Source of the DNA: Buchnera aphidicola str. APS (Acyrthosiphon pisum)
GTDB lineage: Bacteria; Pseudomonadota; Gammaproteobacteria; Enterobacterales; Enterobacteriaceae
DNA length: 32,000 bases
Assembly: GCF_000009605.1 (NCBI RefSeq)
Contig: NC_002528.1
Span: 60,001-92,000 of the forward strand
Direction of reading: 5' to 3'
Made by a program: the position numbers and the translations under genes. Below are positions 1 to 10,823 of this stretch, piece by piece. Position 1 is the first letter of the stretch. Every line of letters starts with the position of its first letter. The notes below the pieces were generated by a model that saw only the letters and a program-made list of their open reading frames with translations, ran no database searches and had not been told where the DNA came from.

Positions 1-773
1 AATTGTTTAAAAACTTCTGAAAGATTGTAAATTTCTAATAATGAATCTTTATGTGTTCGATTTTTATTTTTAATTGTATTATTTGTATTATTATATTGTA
101 TACGTAATTCAGAAAATTTTTCATTAGCTAATTCTGGATCAATACTATGATCATCTTCATGATCTTCTTGATTGTTTTCTTCGTCTTCTTCATTATTTTG
201 TTGTTCATCAAGAAGTTCAGAACCTATATGAATAGCTGTAGGGGGGAAAATTTCTTCTGCATTGGGATCTACAAAACCTGTTATTATATCTGATAATCGT
301 ATTTGTCCAGTTTTAACACGATCATATTGTTCAAGAAGATATGTAATGGCTTCTGGATACTCTGATACTGAGCATTGAACCTGATTAATGCCTTCTTCAA
401 TACGTTTAGCAATATCAATTTCTCCTTCTCGTGTGAGTAATTCAACAGTACCCATTTCTCTCATATACATGCGTACAGGATCAGTAGTTCGTCCTAATTC
501 AGATTCTACACTAGATAGTACCTGAGTTGCTGCTTCAACTGCATCTTCATCTGTATCTGTATTGATTTCATTTAATATTAGATCGTCAGCATCAGGTGCT
601 TCTTCAACTACTGGAATGCCCATGTCATTAATCATCTGAATAATATCATCGATTTGTTCAGAATCAATAATGTCTTCTGGTAGATGATCATTCACTTCAG
701 AATAGGTTAAATACCCTTGCTCCTTACCATGTGTGACAAGTAGCTTAAGTTGCGACTGTGGGTTTTGATCCAT
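1..773 (-). CDS. rpoD: RNA polymerase sigma-70 factor RpoD, N-terminal ~257 codons; the 3' part lies beyond the window start
   Basis: Hand translation from the ATG (complement of 771-773) gives MDQNPQSQLKLLVTHGKEQGYLTYSEVNDHLPEDIIDSEQIDDIIQMINDMGIPVVEEAPDADD, nearly identical to the enterobacterial RpoD N-terminus. The frame stays open to position 1 (..LSEVFKQ). It is absent from the ORF track because it runs off the edge. Confidence 0.95.
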   Translation of the reverse strand, partial: MDQNPQSQLKLLVTHGKEQGYLTYSEVNDHLPEDIIDSEQIDDIIQMINDMGIPVVEEAPDADDLILNEINTDTDEDAVEAATQVLSSVESELGRTTDPVRMYMREMGTVELLTREGEIDIAKRIEEGINQVQCSVSEYPEAITYLLEQYDRVKTGQIRLSDIITGFVDPNAEEIFPPTAIHIGSELLDEQQNNEEDEENNQEDHEDDHSIDPELANEKFSELRIQYNNTNNTIKNKNRTHKDSLLEIYNLSEVFKQ

Positions 774-940
774 AATGTGGTATCCGGAATTCTATTAATT
801 GAATGAATATTAATTGACTTTTTTGTCAATGATGAATAATAATAAAATTATTTTTAATATTTAAATAAATTAAAGAGTTTTTTAATTCATTAAACTTTTA
901 GTATATTTAATTTTTATTATATTTTTTAATAAGTATAATT

Positions 941-2674
941 TTATCTTTTCGATAACTTTTTATTAATAGACCAAATCTCTTTTTTTTCATTCATTTGCAA
1001 TCCTTTTTTTCTCTCTTTTGCAATAAGATATTCTCGTCTTTTTTCAAGGATTTTATCATGTATATTCATTAATAAATCTAAAAACATGTTTTGAGTTTCT
1101 TTTTGAATTATCATGTGATCCCATCGTGCTAAAATTTTTAAAACATTAATTATTGTAGTATTTCTGTATAGTTCTAATAATTGACCCGTATGAATATTAG
1201 GATTATCACGACATGTCTGTAATATTTCTAAAAAAATAGATAATCCTTTTATTTGTAAATTTTTAAATTTCATTGTCACAGGCACTAGTTTTGCTAAACT
1301 AGGATTTTGTACTAATAATCCTATTAAAGTACGCATGGGAGTACGTTTTATTTGGAAATATGTTTTTTGAGTATTTTTAGTTTCTTTTTCATATAAAAAT
1401 TTTTCAAATTGATTATCATCTAAAATTCCTATCATTCTAGCTAATATTTGACGCAAATAAATTCTTATAGTGTCACTAGAAATCGTATTTATTAAAGGTA
1501 AAGCATGTACGCTTAAATGAAATTTGTCATCATCAGATGATAAATTGATATTTTTTAGTATATTTTTAAAAAAAAATTTTGACATGGTAATTGCGTTATC
1601 AATTCGTTTTTGAAATTTTTCTCTACCTTCTTTTCTAATAATTGTATCAGGATCTTCCTGGTTAGGTAATAAAATAAATTTTAATGTTTTTTTGTCTGAT
1701 ATATACGGCAAGGCTTTTTTTAAAGTTTTCCAAGCTGCATTTTTTCCTGCATCATCACCATCATAGCAACATATAATGATATCAGTATTTTTAAAGAGAA
1801 GTTGAATGTGTTCAGTTGTTGTTGAAGTTCCTAATATAGAAACAGCATAATCGATATTATATTGTGTTAATGTTATAACATCAATATACCCCTCAACAAC
1901 CAATAAATATACAGGTTTTGAACATTTTTTTATAACTTGATATAATCCATATATTTGTTTTCTTTTATAAAAAATATCTGTTTCAGGTGAGTTAAGATAT
2001 TTTGGTGACATATCATTTAATGAGCGGCCCCCAAAACCTATGATTCTGCCATGATTATCTTGTATAGGAAATATTATACGTCCTTGAAATCGATCATATA
2101 TATATCCGTTTTTGTCAGTAGCAATAATATTGTTTATTAATAATTCTTGTTCAAATTCTTTACTTATATTTATTTTTTTATAAAATTCGTTCCATTTTAA
2201 ACTAGAAAATCCAATTAAAAAAAAATCAATCATATTTTGGTTGATACCTCTTCTAGCTAGATATTTATTAGCTAAATGAGTAACATTAATATTTTTTTTG
2301 TATAATTTACATATTTTTTCCATTAATAAATATAACTTTTGTTTTTTAACATAAATAGAATTTTGTACTGTATTTTCAAATGGTATTTTAACACCATGTA
2401 TTAACGCTAGTTCTTCGATGCTTTCTATAAAACTTAAATGTTCATACTGTATTAAAAAATCAATTGCGTTTCCATGTGCATTACATCCGAAACAATAATA
2501 AAATTGTTTTTCATTACTGACGGTAAAAGATGGAGTTTTATCATGATGAAAAGGACAATTTGTTTGATAATTTTTACCATATTTTTTTAATTCTAGACGT
2601 GTATTAATTAATTCTATGATATTAGTTCGAGACAGTAGTTCAGTAATAAAGTATTTAGGTATTTTTCCAGACAT
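941..2674 (-). CDS. dnaG: DNA primase DnaG (577 aa)
   Basis: Full-length ORF with a zinc-ribbon [15 protein letters not shown] motif and the TOPRIM motif VVEGYIDV. It sits in the conserved rpsU-dnaG-rpoD order. No obvious SD precedes the ATG, as is known for E. coli dnaG. Confidence 0.96.
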   Translation of the reverse strand: MSGKIPKYFITELLSRTNIIELINTRLELKKYGKNYQTNCPFHHDKTPSFTVSNEKQFYYCFGCNAHGNAIDFLIQYEHLSFIESIEELALIHGVKIPFENTVQNSIYVKKQKLYLLMEKICKLYKKNINVTHLANKYLARRGINQNMIDFFLIGFSSLKWNEFYKKINISKEFEQELLINNIIATDKNGYIYDRFQGRIIFPIQDNHGRIIGFGGRSLNDMSPKYLNSPETDIFYKRKQIYGLYQVIKKCSKPVYLLVVEGYIDVITLTQYNIDYAVSILGTSTTTEHIQLLFKNTDIIICCYDGDDAGKNAAWKTLKKALPYISDKKTLKFILLPNQEDPDTIIRKEGREKFQKRIDNAITMSKFFFKNILKNINLSSDDDKFHLSVHALPLINTISSDTIRIYLRQILARMIGILDDNQFEKFLYEKETKNTQKTYFQIKRTPMRTLIGLLVQNPSLAKLVPVTMKFKNLQIKGLSIFLEILQTCRDNPNIHTGQLLELYRNTTIINVLKILARWDHMIIQKETQNMFLDLLMNIHDKILEKRREYLIAKERKKGLQMNEKKEIWSINKKLSKR

Positions 2675-2701
2675 ATAATTTTATAATTATAGAATTCGTT
2701 T

Positions 2702-2730
2702 CCGTTCTTGAACAAGAACGGCTTTTTTTA
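2702..2730. terminator. GC-containing hairpin (CCGTTCTTG aa CAAGAACGG) between rpsU and dnaG. The T-run lies on the + strand side only. It is a possible attenuator for the - strand operon or a terminator for antisense transcription.
   Basis: Perfect 9-bp inverted repeat at 2702-2710 / 2713-2721, followed on the + strand by CTTTTTTTA. On the sense (-) strand it is preceded by A7 and followed by AAACGAAUUC. It occupies the position of the E. coli T1 attenuator between rpsU and dnaG. Confidence 0.45.
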
Positions 2731-2754
2731 TTTATTTTATGTTTTAAAACATAT

Positions 2755-2970
<216 letters not shown>

Positions 2971-3203
2971 TCAAAATTTACCTTAATTATTTAATTTATG
3001 TGATAAAAAATTATCGAAATTTTTAGGATAATAGATCCTATATCAATTAGTGTGATATTGTAAAGTATCATTTTTTTATGTTTTAATGCAGTTTTAATTA
3101 AATATTTAGATTAGTTCATTTAAAATGAATGTTCATTTTAAAATTTATGTCAAATATATTTTTTCTTATTGTAAAAATTTATAATATATAGAGGTTTAAA
3201 TTT

Positions 3204-4214
3204 ATGAGAATATTAGGTATTGAGACTTCTTGTGATGATACAGGAATAGCTATTTATGATACTAACAAAGGTTTGTTAATTAATGAGATATATAATCAAA
3301 GAAAGTTAAACAATATATATGGAGGTATTATTCCAGAATTAGCATCTCGAGAACATATGGAAGCAATGATTGTTTTATTAAATAAAATATTTAAGAAAAA
3401 AAATATTTATAAATATGTTGATATGATTGCTTATACTGCAGGACCTGGTTTAATTGGTTCATTATTAGTTGGAGCTACATTTGCTTGTTCATTAGGGTTA
3501 TCATTAAATATACCAGTTCTACCTGTGCATCATATGGAAGCGCATTTATTATCACCGATGTTAGACTATAAAACAATTCAATTTCCATTTATTGGATTAT
3601 TGGTATCGGGAAAACATACACAAATTATAGGTGCACATAAATTTGGTGAGTATGAAATACTTGGAAATTGTTTAGATGATGCAGCAGGTGAAGCATTTGA
3701 TAAGACAGCAAAATTATTAGGATTAAAATATCCAGGTGGTTTAGAATTATCTAAATTAGCTTCTAAGGGAATAAAAGATTATTTTTATTTTCCCAGACCG
3801 ATGATACATCATTCTGATTTAAATTTTAGCTTTTCAGGTTTGAAAACTTTTGCAGCTCAAACGATTAAGAAATCCAGTAAAAGTATGCAAGAAAAAGCTA
3901 ATATTGCAAAAGCTTTTGAAGATGCAGTAATTGATATATTATTAATTAAAACTAAAAAAGCATTAAAAAAACAAAAATGGAAACGTTTAGTTATAGCTGG
4001 TGGTGTTAGTGCAAATCAAAAATTACGTAAAAAATCCGAGATCATGGTTAAAAAAAATTTTAATGGAACAGTTTTTTATTCAAGTTTAGAATTTTGTACA
4101 GATAATGCTGCGATGATTGCCTATCTTGGTTCATTGCGTCAAAAAGAAGCGCGGAATTCTCAATTAGAAATATTGGTTAAACCAAAATGGTCTATAGATG
4201 ATTTATGTTTTTAA
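3204..4214 (+). CDS. tsaD: tRNA N6-adenosine threonylcarbamoyltransferase TsaD (YgjD/Gcp), 336 aa
   Basis: [19 protein letters not shown].., HMEAHLL and [15 protein letters not shown] motifs typical of the Kae1/TsaD family. A GAGG SD at 3191-3194. It is divergent from rpsU, as in E. coli. Confidence 0.95.
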   Translation: MRILGIETSCDDTGIAIYDTNKGLLINEIYNQRKLNNIYGGIIPELASREHMEAMIVLLNKIFKKKNIYKYVDMIAYTAGPGLIGSLLVGATFACSLGLSLNIPVLPVHHMEAHLLSPMLDYKTIQFPFIGLLVSGKHTQIIGAHKFGEYEILGNCLDDAAGEAFDKTAKLLGLKYPGGLELSKLASKGIKDYFYFPRPMIHHSDLNFSFSGLKTFAAQTIKKSSKSMQEKANIAKAFEDAVIDILLIKTKKALKKQKWKRLVIAGGVSANQKLRKKSEIMVKKNFNGTVFYSSLEFCTDNAAMIAYLGSLRQKEARNSQLEILVKPKWSIDDLCF

Positions 4215-4839
4215 TATAAAAAATTAAGTCTTGTATGGTTAATACTTGCATTTTTTTATTTTCAGAAAATTTTATTATTTCAGGGGTACGAGCCATGGTA
4301 CCATCTTTATTTGTTAATTCACAAATAACCCCGGCTGGTTTGAAACCTGCTAGAGAAACAATTTCTATAGCAGCTTCTGTGTGTCCTGGTCTTGATAAAA
4401 CTCCGCCTTTATGAGCTCGCAGAGGAAATACATGACCTGGTCTATTTAAATCACTTGGTTTAGCGTCATCAGCAATAGCGGTTTTTATAGTAGTGAGTCT
4501 ATCTTTAGCTGATACGCCAGTAGATATACCTTTAGAAGCTTCTATTGTGACTGTAAATCCGGTGCGATATGCGCTAGTATTTTTCTTAACCATCATAGGT
4601 AAATTAAGTTGTTTCCGTTTAGATTCGGTTATACAAAGACATACTATTCCACTACCGTACCGAATACTTAGAGCCATTTGTTCTACTGTCATATTTTCAC
4701 ATGCAAAAACAAGATCTCCTTCGTTTTCACGTTCTTCATCATCTAATATAATAACACCTTGTCCGGACTTCAAAGCAAGTATTGCATTTTTAATTCTTTC
4801 TATAGGTTTTCCAAATTTAGATAATAGTGTTTGATTCAT
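4192..4839 (-). CDS. ribB: 3,4-dihydroxy-2-butanone 4-phosphate synthase RibB (215 aa)
   Basis: ..[12 protein letters not shown].., [31 protein letters not shown] are canonical RibB motifs. The length matches E. coli (217 aa). Confidence 0.96.
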   Translation of the reverse strand: MNQTLLSKFGKPIERIKNAILALKSGQGVIILDDEERENEGDLVFACENMTVEQMALSIRYGSGIVCLCITESKRKQLNLPMMVKKNTSAYRTGFTVTIEASKGISTGVSAKDRLTTIKTAIADDAKPSDLNRPGHVFPLRAHKGGVLSRPGHTEAAIEIVSLAGFKPAGVICELTNKDGTMARTPEIIKFSENKKMQVLTIQDLIFYIKNINHL

Positions 4840-5110
4840 TATAAAAATCTTAATAGAGTTAAATTATTTAAAAAAAGTTTTATTTATAGAAAAATTAGTT
4901 AAATTTTATGTTTGTATAGTTAATATATTATATATTGAATTAAATTTAAGAGCAATGTAGAAATTATTATATTGAATAATATTTTTTCAATTTTTTATCT
5001 ATTAGCATTCTAAACAACATATTGATATAAAATTTTACTTCGATTTTTTTTTAAAAGCTTACTTGAAAAAATAGACCAAATAAAAATACAAAAATTAAAT
5101 AACAGTACTT

Positions 5111-6058
5111 TTATTGATGGTTTAAAACAGAATTTAACTCATTAATATTCAATGTTTCAGTTCCAATTTTCTGTATAACAATACTGGCTCCAATATTGGC
5201 ATAAAAACAAGCTTCTTCTAAAGAATATCCAGTTGCTAAAGATGCTGCAATTATAGCGATCACTGTATCTCCTGCACCAGTTACATCTGAAGCTATTTTA
5301 GATGCGGCAGGAAAATGTATTGGTTTTTTTTCTTTTTGAAATAGAGTCATTCCATTCTTAGAACGAGTAACTAATAAAGCTGATAACTGTAGTTCAGATA
5401 ATAATTTTATCCCTCTTTGTAGTATTTCATTTTCTCTATAACATTTGCCAACTATCTTTTCAAATTCAAAAAGATTTGGTGTTAATAAACTAGCTCCCGA
5501 ATATTTTTTAAAATCTATTCCTTTAGGATCTATAAGTATAGGGATAGACATTTTTTTTGCAAGATCAATAATATTTTGTATATTTGCCAAAGTGCCTTTT
5601 GCATAATCTGAAAGTACTAAAATTTTAAAAGACGATATTGAATCAATAATTTTTTGATGTAATAGATTGTTTTTATTAGAAATATATTTTTCTTGAAAAT
5701 CCACTCGAATTAATTGTTTTTTCTCTGATAAGATTCTAATCTTAGTAATAGTTTTATTGTTTTTTATAGAGATTAAATCAGAATCAATTCGAATATGATC
5801 CATAAGTTTTTTTAATATTAATCCTTCATTATCCATTCCAATAAAACCAACAATTTTAGTATACCCCCCAATCTCTGCAATATTTTTAGCTACATTTGCA
5901 GCACCTCCAGGTTGTTCTTTGATTTTATTAATTGGTACAATTGGTGTTAATTGTTCAGATAGCATATAGTGATTTTTGCTATACCAATAACAATCTAGTA
6001 TTAGATCTCCGACAACTAAAACTAGTGAGTTATTGAAATTTATTAATTTTTTCTTCAT
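5111..6058 (-). CDS. hldE: PfkB-family sugar kinase equal to HldE (RfaE) domain I only (D-glycero-beta-D-manno-heptose-7-phosphate kinase-like). The C-terminal adenylyltransferase domain is absent.
   Basis: 315 aa that can be aligned by eye along its whole length to E. coli HldE residues 1-~318 ([46 protein letters not shown]). The ORF ends where the E. coli linker begins. Only 270 bp of AT-rich non-coding DNA follow, before ribB. Confidence 0.85.
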
Positions 6059-6271
6059 AGTGTTATCTCTGTATATTTTAAAGAATATAATGAAAATTAA
6101 AAATTCAATTTTTTTATAAATATAAACATTTGAAAGTTTAATAGATATTTTTTATTTAATATATAAATATTATTATATTATTGAATTGTGGAAAAATAAT
6201 AAATAATTATATAAAAAATTCTATTTTTCTATTATAGAATAGAATTTTGTTTTTAGTATGAGAAAATTATT

Positions 6272-7516
6272 ATGAAAATATATTTAGTAGGAGGAGCTGT
6301 GCGTGACTCCTTACTTAATTTACCCGTTAAAGATAAAGATTGGGTAGTAGTTGGTGGTACAGAAAAAATACTGCTAGAAAGAAATTTTCAGCAAGTCGGA
6401 AAAGATTTTCCAGTTTTCTTACATCCAGAAACACATGAAGAGTACGCTTTGGCAAGGAAAGAAAGAAAATCTGGAAAAGGATATACTGGATTTGATACTG
6501 ATTGTAATTCAGATGTTACTTTAGAAGAAGATTTAATAAGACGAGATTTAACAATCAATGCTATTGCTCAAGATGAGTACGGTAATTATATTGACCCGTT
6601 TCAAGGTAAAAAAGATATAGAATGTGGTTTAATAAGACATGTATCAGAATCTTTTATAGAAGATCCATTGCGTGTATTACGTGTAGCAAGATTTGCTGCA
6701 ACTTTAGTACATTTAGGATTTAAAATTGCAGAAGAAACTATGTTATTAATGTGCATTATAGTTAAAAAACAGGAATTGTCATATTTAACGTCAAACAGAA
6801 TATGGAATGAAACTGAAAAAGCTTTGAAAACCCTTAACCCTCATGTATATTTTCAAGTTTTGTATGAATGCAATGCATTGCATTTTTTTTTCCCTGAAAT
6901 GTATTTTTTATATGAAAAAAAAAATTTTTTAAACCGTTCTTTTTTCAAAAAATTCTGTAATAAGAATATTATATTAATGGGTTTGGCTGAAATATCACTT
7001 TTGAATAAAGATATCGATGTTCGTTTTTCTTATTTATGTCAATTTTTATCAGTTAATCAAATAGATAGAAATTATTCAAAAATATTTTTTGACTCATATG
7101 CGGCTTCTATTATTCATAGTGTATGTAAACGCTTTAAGATCCCATCTTATATTCGAGACATAGCAGTATTAAATACTGGTTTTTATTTTTTTTTAAATAC
7201 GATTCATTATCAATCATCTAAAAATATTATAAATCTATTTTCAAAAGTTGATGCTTGGAGAAAACCTGATCGTGTAAAAAAATTAGCATTTTTAAGTAAT
7301 TTTAATTTTTTAAGAAACTTTAAATCTGAATTTTTTTGTATAAAGTCTGGTTGTTTTTTAGAAAAATGTTTTTCTGTTGTAAAAAATGTTTCTATTAAAT
7401 TAATTTTAAAAAAAGGTTTTAAGGGATATGAAATAAAACAAGAAATAACGCGTCTAAGAATTAAAAAATTAGAATTTTGGCGTATAAAAAATATTAAACA
7501 TCGTTTCTATCTATGA
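6272..7516 (+). CDS. cca: tRNA nucleotidyltransferase (CCA-adding enzyme) Cca, 414 aa
   Basis: [50 protein letters not shown] matches the class II CCA-adding enzyme head domain. The length is close to E. coli Cca (412 aa). Confidence 0.93.
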   Translation: MKIYLVGGAVRDSLLNLPVKDKDWVVVGGTEKILLERNFQQVGKDFPVFLHPETHEEYALARKERKSGKGYTGFDTDCNSDVTLEEDLIRRDLTINAIAQDEYGNYIDPFQGKKDIECGLIRHVSESFIEDPLRVLRVARFAATLVHLGFKIAEETMLLMCIIVKKQELSYLTSNRIWNETEKALKTLNPHVYFQVLYECNALHFFFPEMYFLYEKKNFLNRSFFKKFCNKNIILMGLAEISLLNKDIDVRFSYLCQFLSVNQIDRNYSKIFFDSYAASIIHSVCKRFKIPSYIRDIAVLNTGFYFFLNTIHYQSSKNIINLFSKVDAWRKPDRVKKLAFLSNFNFLRNFKSEFFCIKSGCFLEKCFSVVKNVSIKLILKKGFKGYEIKQEITRLRIKKLEFWRIKNIKHRFYL

Positions 7517-7541
7517 AATCAATCTTTAATTAATATTTTAA

Positions 7542-8339
7542 TCAATTAATAAAATAAATCAATCCAGATATGATAAAGCGATATATTCCGAAGAATATTA
7601 GTGACGTTCTATTGATTATTTTTAATAATTTTTTGATACACAATATAGATACTATAAAAGAGATCATGAATCCAATAAAAAATATTGGAAGATCTAATAT
7701 TTTAAAATTATGCATATTATTTATAAAATCATAAAATGATGCTCCCATTATTAATGGAATAGATATTATAAAAGAAAATTCTATTGCAACTGATCGTTTA
7801 ATTCCTAATAATATTGCAGTTCCTATAGTGGCTCCAGATCTTGAAAAACCAGGATACAAACAAAAAATTTGAAAAAACCCAATTATTGCGGATTGAAGCA
7901 AACTAATATCATTAATACTACACGTTTTATATTTTTTAGGTTTAAATATTTCAGATATTAATAAAAAAATTCCACCTAATATTAATGCATACATAACATT
8001 ATATGTATTAAATAGTAGTTTTATTTTTTTATAAAATAGAAGTCCAAAAAATATTGTAGGTAAAATAGCAAGGAGAATATGAAGATTTTTTGTATTTGTT
8101 TTTTTAACATTTATGTTAAATTTTAATATTCTTAAAATTTTTTTATGAAAAAAATACAATATCGATAATGCAGAGCCGAATTCAATAAATATTTCTAATA
8201 TTTTGGTATTTTCGTTATCTATTTTTAACCAATGAGAAGCGATAATCATATGTCCTGTAGAAGATATAGGAAGAAATTCTGTTATCCCTTCTATTACTCC
8301 GATAATAATAGAAACAATAACTTGATGTAGATCAAGCAT
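7542..8339 (-). CDS. uppP: Undecaprenyl-diphosphate phosphatase UppP/BacA (265 aa)
   Basis: Polytopic membrane ORF with GVIEGITEFLPISSTGH and PGFSRSGATI motifs diagnostic of the BacA family. Confidence 0.93.
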   Translation of the reverse strand: MLDLHQVIVSIIIGVIEGITEFLPISSTGHMIIASHWLKIDNENTKILEIFIEFGSALSILYFFHKKILRILKFNINVKKTNTKNLHILLAILPTIFFGLLFYKKIKLLFNTYNVMYALILGGIFLLISEIFKPKKYKTCSINDISLLQSAIIGFFQIFCLYPGFSRSGATIGTAILLGIKRSVAIEFSFIISIPLIMGASFYDFINNMHNFKILDLPIFFIGFMISFIVSILCIKKLLKIINRTSLIFFGIYRFIISGLIYFIN

Positions 8340-8384
8340 ATATTTTCCTGTTATAAAATAATTTTATTTTAGTATATATAAATT

Positions 8385-8414
8385 AAAACGGTACTAAATA
8401 ATAGCACCGTTTTT
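8385..8414 (-). terminator. Putative rho-independent terminator after crr
   Basis: AAAACGGT(8385-8392)..ACCGTTTT(8406-8413) forms an 8-bp stem plus 2 extra pairs. On the - strand the RNA reads AAAAACGGUGCUAUUAUUUAGUACCGUUUUAAUUUAU and begins ~10 nt after the crr stop. The A-tract/U-tract arrangement is symmetric. Confidence 0.55.
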
Positions 8415-8424
8415 GTATTAAAAA

Positions 8425-8910
8425 TCAATGATACAAAGTTATAATAACTGTCTGTCCAGCAGCAATAGTTCCTGATGATTTTTTTATTTTTTTAAAATTC
8501 TCTATGTTTGATATTACAACAGGAGTTAAAATAGACTCTGCTTTTTCTTTTATAAATTCTAAGTCTAGTATAATAATTTCATCTCCTATTTTTACTTTTT
8601 GATTATCTTTTGCTTTTTTTTTAAAACCTTCTCCTTTTAATTTTACGGTATCAATACCAAAATGTATAAATAATTCAACATTATCTTCTGAAATGATTGA
8701 AAAAGCATGCATAGTTTCAAATATTTTTCCAATCGTTCCATTTACTGGTGCGAGTATCCGATTACTTGAAGGTTTAATAGCTATTCCGTCTCCTACAATT
8801 TTTTTAGAAAAAACAGGATCTGGAACATCTTCTATATTTATTATATCTCCTGATAAAGGTGCAAAAATTTCTGTTTTTTTACTGTTAAAAAAATCAGAAA
8901 AGAAACTCAT
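8425..8910 (-). CDS. crr: PTS glucose-specific EIIA component Crr (161 aa)
   Basis: ..[17 protein letters not shown]...FETMHAFSI....[17 protein letters not shown] are canonical EIIA-Glc motifs including the active-site His region. An AGGAGAAAAAA SD lies upstream. ptsH-ptsI-crr synteny is kept. Confidence 0.96.
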   Translation of the reverse strand: MSFFSDFFNSKKTEIFAPLSGDIINIEDVPDPVFSKKIVGDGIAIKPSSNRILAPVNGTIGKIFETMHAFSIISEDNVELFIHFGIDTVKLKGEGFKKKAKDNQKVKIGDEIIILDLEFIKEKAESILTPVVISNIENFKKIKKSSGTIAAGQTVIITLYH

Positions 8911-8959
8911 TTTTTTCTCCTAATAACTCTTACGTTATTTTTATAATATATTCTGCCTC

Positions 8960-10675
8960 TTAATGATTAACAAAATTTTCTACTAAATTAAGTATTTCTC
9001 TGTTAGTAGGTAGTGTCAATGCTTTTTGAGCTAATTTTTTAGCACTAGAAAAAGATGTTTTGCGAATGATCTCTTTAATTTTAGGGATGCTTATTGAACT
9101 CATACTAAATTCATCCAATCCCATCCCTAATAATAGAATAGTAGCTCGTTCATCGCCTGCAAGTTCTCCACACATACCAGTCCATTTTCCATGTGTATGC
9201 GAGACGTTTATAACTTGTTGAATTAGTTTTAAAACAGATGGATTCATAGGATTATAAAGATGTGAAATCAAATCGTTACCTCTATCAACAGCTAAAGTAT
9301 ATTGTGTTAAATCATTTGTTCCAATGCTAAAAAAATCTACTTCTTTAATTAAATATTCGGCTATTATAGCTGACGCTGGAGTTTCTATCATAATTCCAAT
9401 TTTAATATTCTTATCAAATGGTATGTTATTATTTTTTAATTGTATTTGAAGTTTTCGAACCTCTGATTTTAAAATTCTAATTTCTTCTACGGATATTATC
9501 ATAGGGAAGAGGATATATATTTTTCCAAAAGCAGACGCTCTAAGAATAGCATTTAATTGTGTATGTAATATTTCTTTTCGATCCATTGAAATACGTATAG
9601 CACGCCATCCAAGAAACGGGTTTTCTTCTTTTGGTAAATTCATATAAGGAAGATCTTTATCCCCTCCAATATCCATTGTTCTAATAATAACAGATTTATT
9701 TTTCATTAATTCTGCAATGGTTTTATATGCTTGGAATTGTTCGTTTTCATCAGGTAAACAGTTTCTGCCCATAAATAAAAATTCAGTTCGATATAGACCA
9801 ATACATTCAGCGCCATTTTTTTTTGCTGATTTAATGTCTTCAACATTTCCAATATTAGAACCAATTTTAATAGCATGTCCGTCAGTAGTAATAGCTTGTA
9901 AATTCTTTAAATTTATTAACTGATTTTTTTTTGTGAGATATTTCTTTTTTATTACTTCTGTTTGATTAATTAATTTATGAGATGGATTTATGAGAATTTG
10001 ATTATTTATAGAATCTAAAATGATAAAATCATTATTTTTTACTATCTTTGTAATGTTCCCGGTTCCTACTATTGCAGGAATTTCTAATGATCTTGCCATA
10101 ATAGATGTATGTGATGTTCTACTTCCTAAATCAGTAATAAATCCTAAAATATATTTTAGATTAATTTGAGCAGTTTCAGAAGGAGTTAAGTCTTTTGCAA
10201 TTAAAATTACTTCATTATTGATATTATTTAAATCAATAATGTTTAAATTAAGTATATTTTTTAATAAACGATTGCCAATATCTCTTACATCGATTGCTCT
10301 ATTTTTTAAATATTCATCTTTCAATTTTTCCAGAGCTTTTGCTTGTCCTTCAATAATTAATTCAGTTGCTGCTGCAGCCGACATATTTTTTTCTTTTATT
10401 AAAGAAATAACTTCTTGTTCTAGCTCTTCATCTTCAAGAAGCATAATATGTCCTTCAAAAATACTTTCTTTTTTTTCTCCAAACTTTTCTTTTGTCTTAG
10501 TTTTTATTTCTGTGAGTTGTTGAATTGATTTTCTTCTTCCTTCAAAAAATCTTTCTATTTCTTTTGTAATATTTTTAATATTAATTATTTTCCGGTTAAT
10601 AACAATTTCATCTTCTTTTAATAAAAGAGCTGTTCCAAAAGCTATACCCGGTGATGCTAAAATGCCTGAAATCAT
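8960..10675 (-). CDS. ptsI: PTS enzyme I, phosphoenolpyruvate-protein phosphotransferase PtsI (571 aa)
   Basis: [14 protein letters not shown].., [21 protein letters not shown] (active-site His), [10 protein letters not shown] and [15 protein letters not shown] motifs. Full length versus E. coli (575 aa). Confidence 0.97.
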   Translation of the reverse strand: MISGILASPGIAFGTALLLKEDEIVINRKIINIKNITKEIERFFEGRRKSIQQLTEIKTKTKEKFGEKKESIFEGHIMLLEDEELEQEVISLIKEKNMSAAAATELIIEGQAKALEKLKDEYLKNRAIDVRDIGNRLLKNILNLNIIDLNNINNEVILIAKDLTPSETAQINLKYILGFITDLGSRTSHTSIMARSLEIPAIVGTGNITKIVKNNDFIILDSINNQILINPSHKLINQTEVIKKKYLTKKNQLINLKNLQAITTDGHAIKIGSNIGNVEDIKSAKKNGAECIGLYRTEFLFMGRNCLPDENEQFQAYKTIAELMKNKSVIIRTMDIGGDKDLPYMNLPKEENPFLGWRAIRISMDRKEILHTQLNAILRASAFGKIYILFPMIISVEEIRILKSEVRKLQIQLKNNNIPFDKNIKIGIMIETPASAIIAEYLIKEVDFFSIGTNDLTQYTLAVDRGNDLISHLYNPMNPSVLKLIQQVINVSHTHGKWTGMCGELAGDERATILLLGMGLDEFSMSSISIPKIKEIIRKTSFSSAKKLAQKALTLPTNREILNLVENFVNH

Positions 10676-10715
10676 AACATTACCTTTAATAATAAAGTTT
10701 ATCTATTCAGAGATG

Positions 10716-10746
10716 GAAATATGACGTGTCAGGCGAATCATTTTTC
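10716..10746 (-). other. Imperfect stem-loop in the enlarged ptsH-ptsI spacer
   Basis: GAAATATGA (10716-10724) and TCATTTTTC (10738-10746) form a 9-bp stem with one mismatch. They flank a comparatively GC-rich 13-nt loop, CGTGTCAGGCGAA. This is the only GC-containing patch in the 148-bp spacer. Confidence 0.3.
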
Positions 10747-10823
10747 ATAAAATAATTAGAAGTTTTTTTATTCAGCTCCTACGTATTTTGTAGAGAAATT
10801 TAACATTAATACTTAAGAACAAT

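Noticed and set aside
813-830. Palindrome ATTGAC-TTTTTT-GTCAAT in the dnaG-rpoD spacer, giving TTGACA on the rpoD strand
   Set aside because: No acceptable -10 hexamer lies at 16-18 nt (TCATTC). A 6-bp dyad is expected by chance, so it was left unannotated.
1012-1048. Sigma-32-like -35 (CTTGAAA on the - strand, 1048-1042) inside the 3' end of dnaG, where E. coli has the rpoD heat-shock promoter
   Set aside because: The sequence 13-15 nt downstream (CTTATTGC) does not resemble the CCCCATNT -10 element. A single heptamer match is not evidence.
3180-3185. TATAAT hexamer 19 nt upstream of tsaD, and similar -10-like hexamers upstream of ligA, rpsU and fliF
   Set aside because: TATAAT-like strings are everywhere in this composition, and no convincing -35 partner was found. 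They were not annotated as promoters.
4493-4834. 113-aa + strand ORF
   Set aside because: It is entirely antisense to the strongly conserved ribB. The product is serine- and isoleucine-rich with no recognisable motif. Antisense frames stay open in the more GC-rich conserved genes.
4840-5110. FMN riboswitch (RFN element) expected upstream of ribB
   Set aside because: The 270-bp leader is almost pure A/T. It lacks the conserved G/C-rich RFN helices (GGG..CCC, GGUG..CCGAC-type segments), so the element appears to be lost.
6215-6248. 10-bp inverted repeat AAAATTCTAT..ATAGAATTTT upstream of cca
   Set aside because: My rough expectation for 10-bp A/T-rich inverted repeats with a short loop is about ten per 32 kb in this composition. 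There is no supporting context.
8693-10523. + strand ORFs 8693-8923, 9717-9923 and 10218-10523
   Set aside because: They are antisense to crr and ptsI, whose identities are unambiguous. They have no SD or start context and give low-complexity products.
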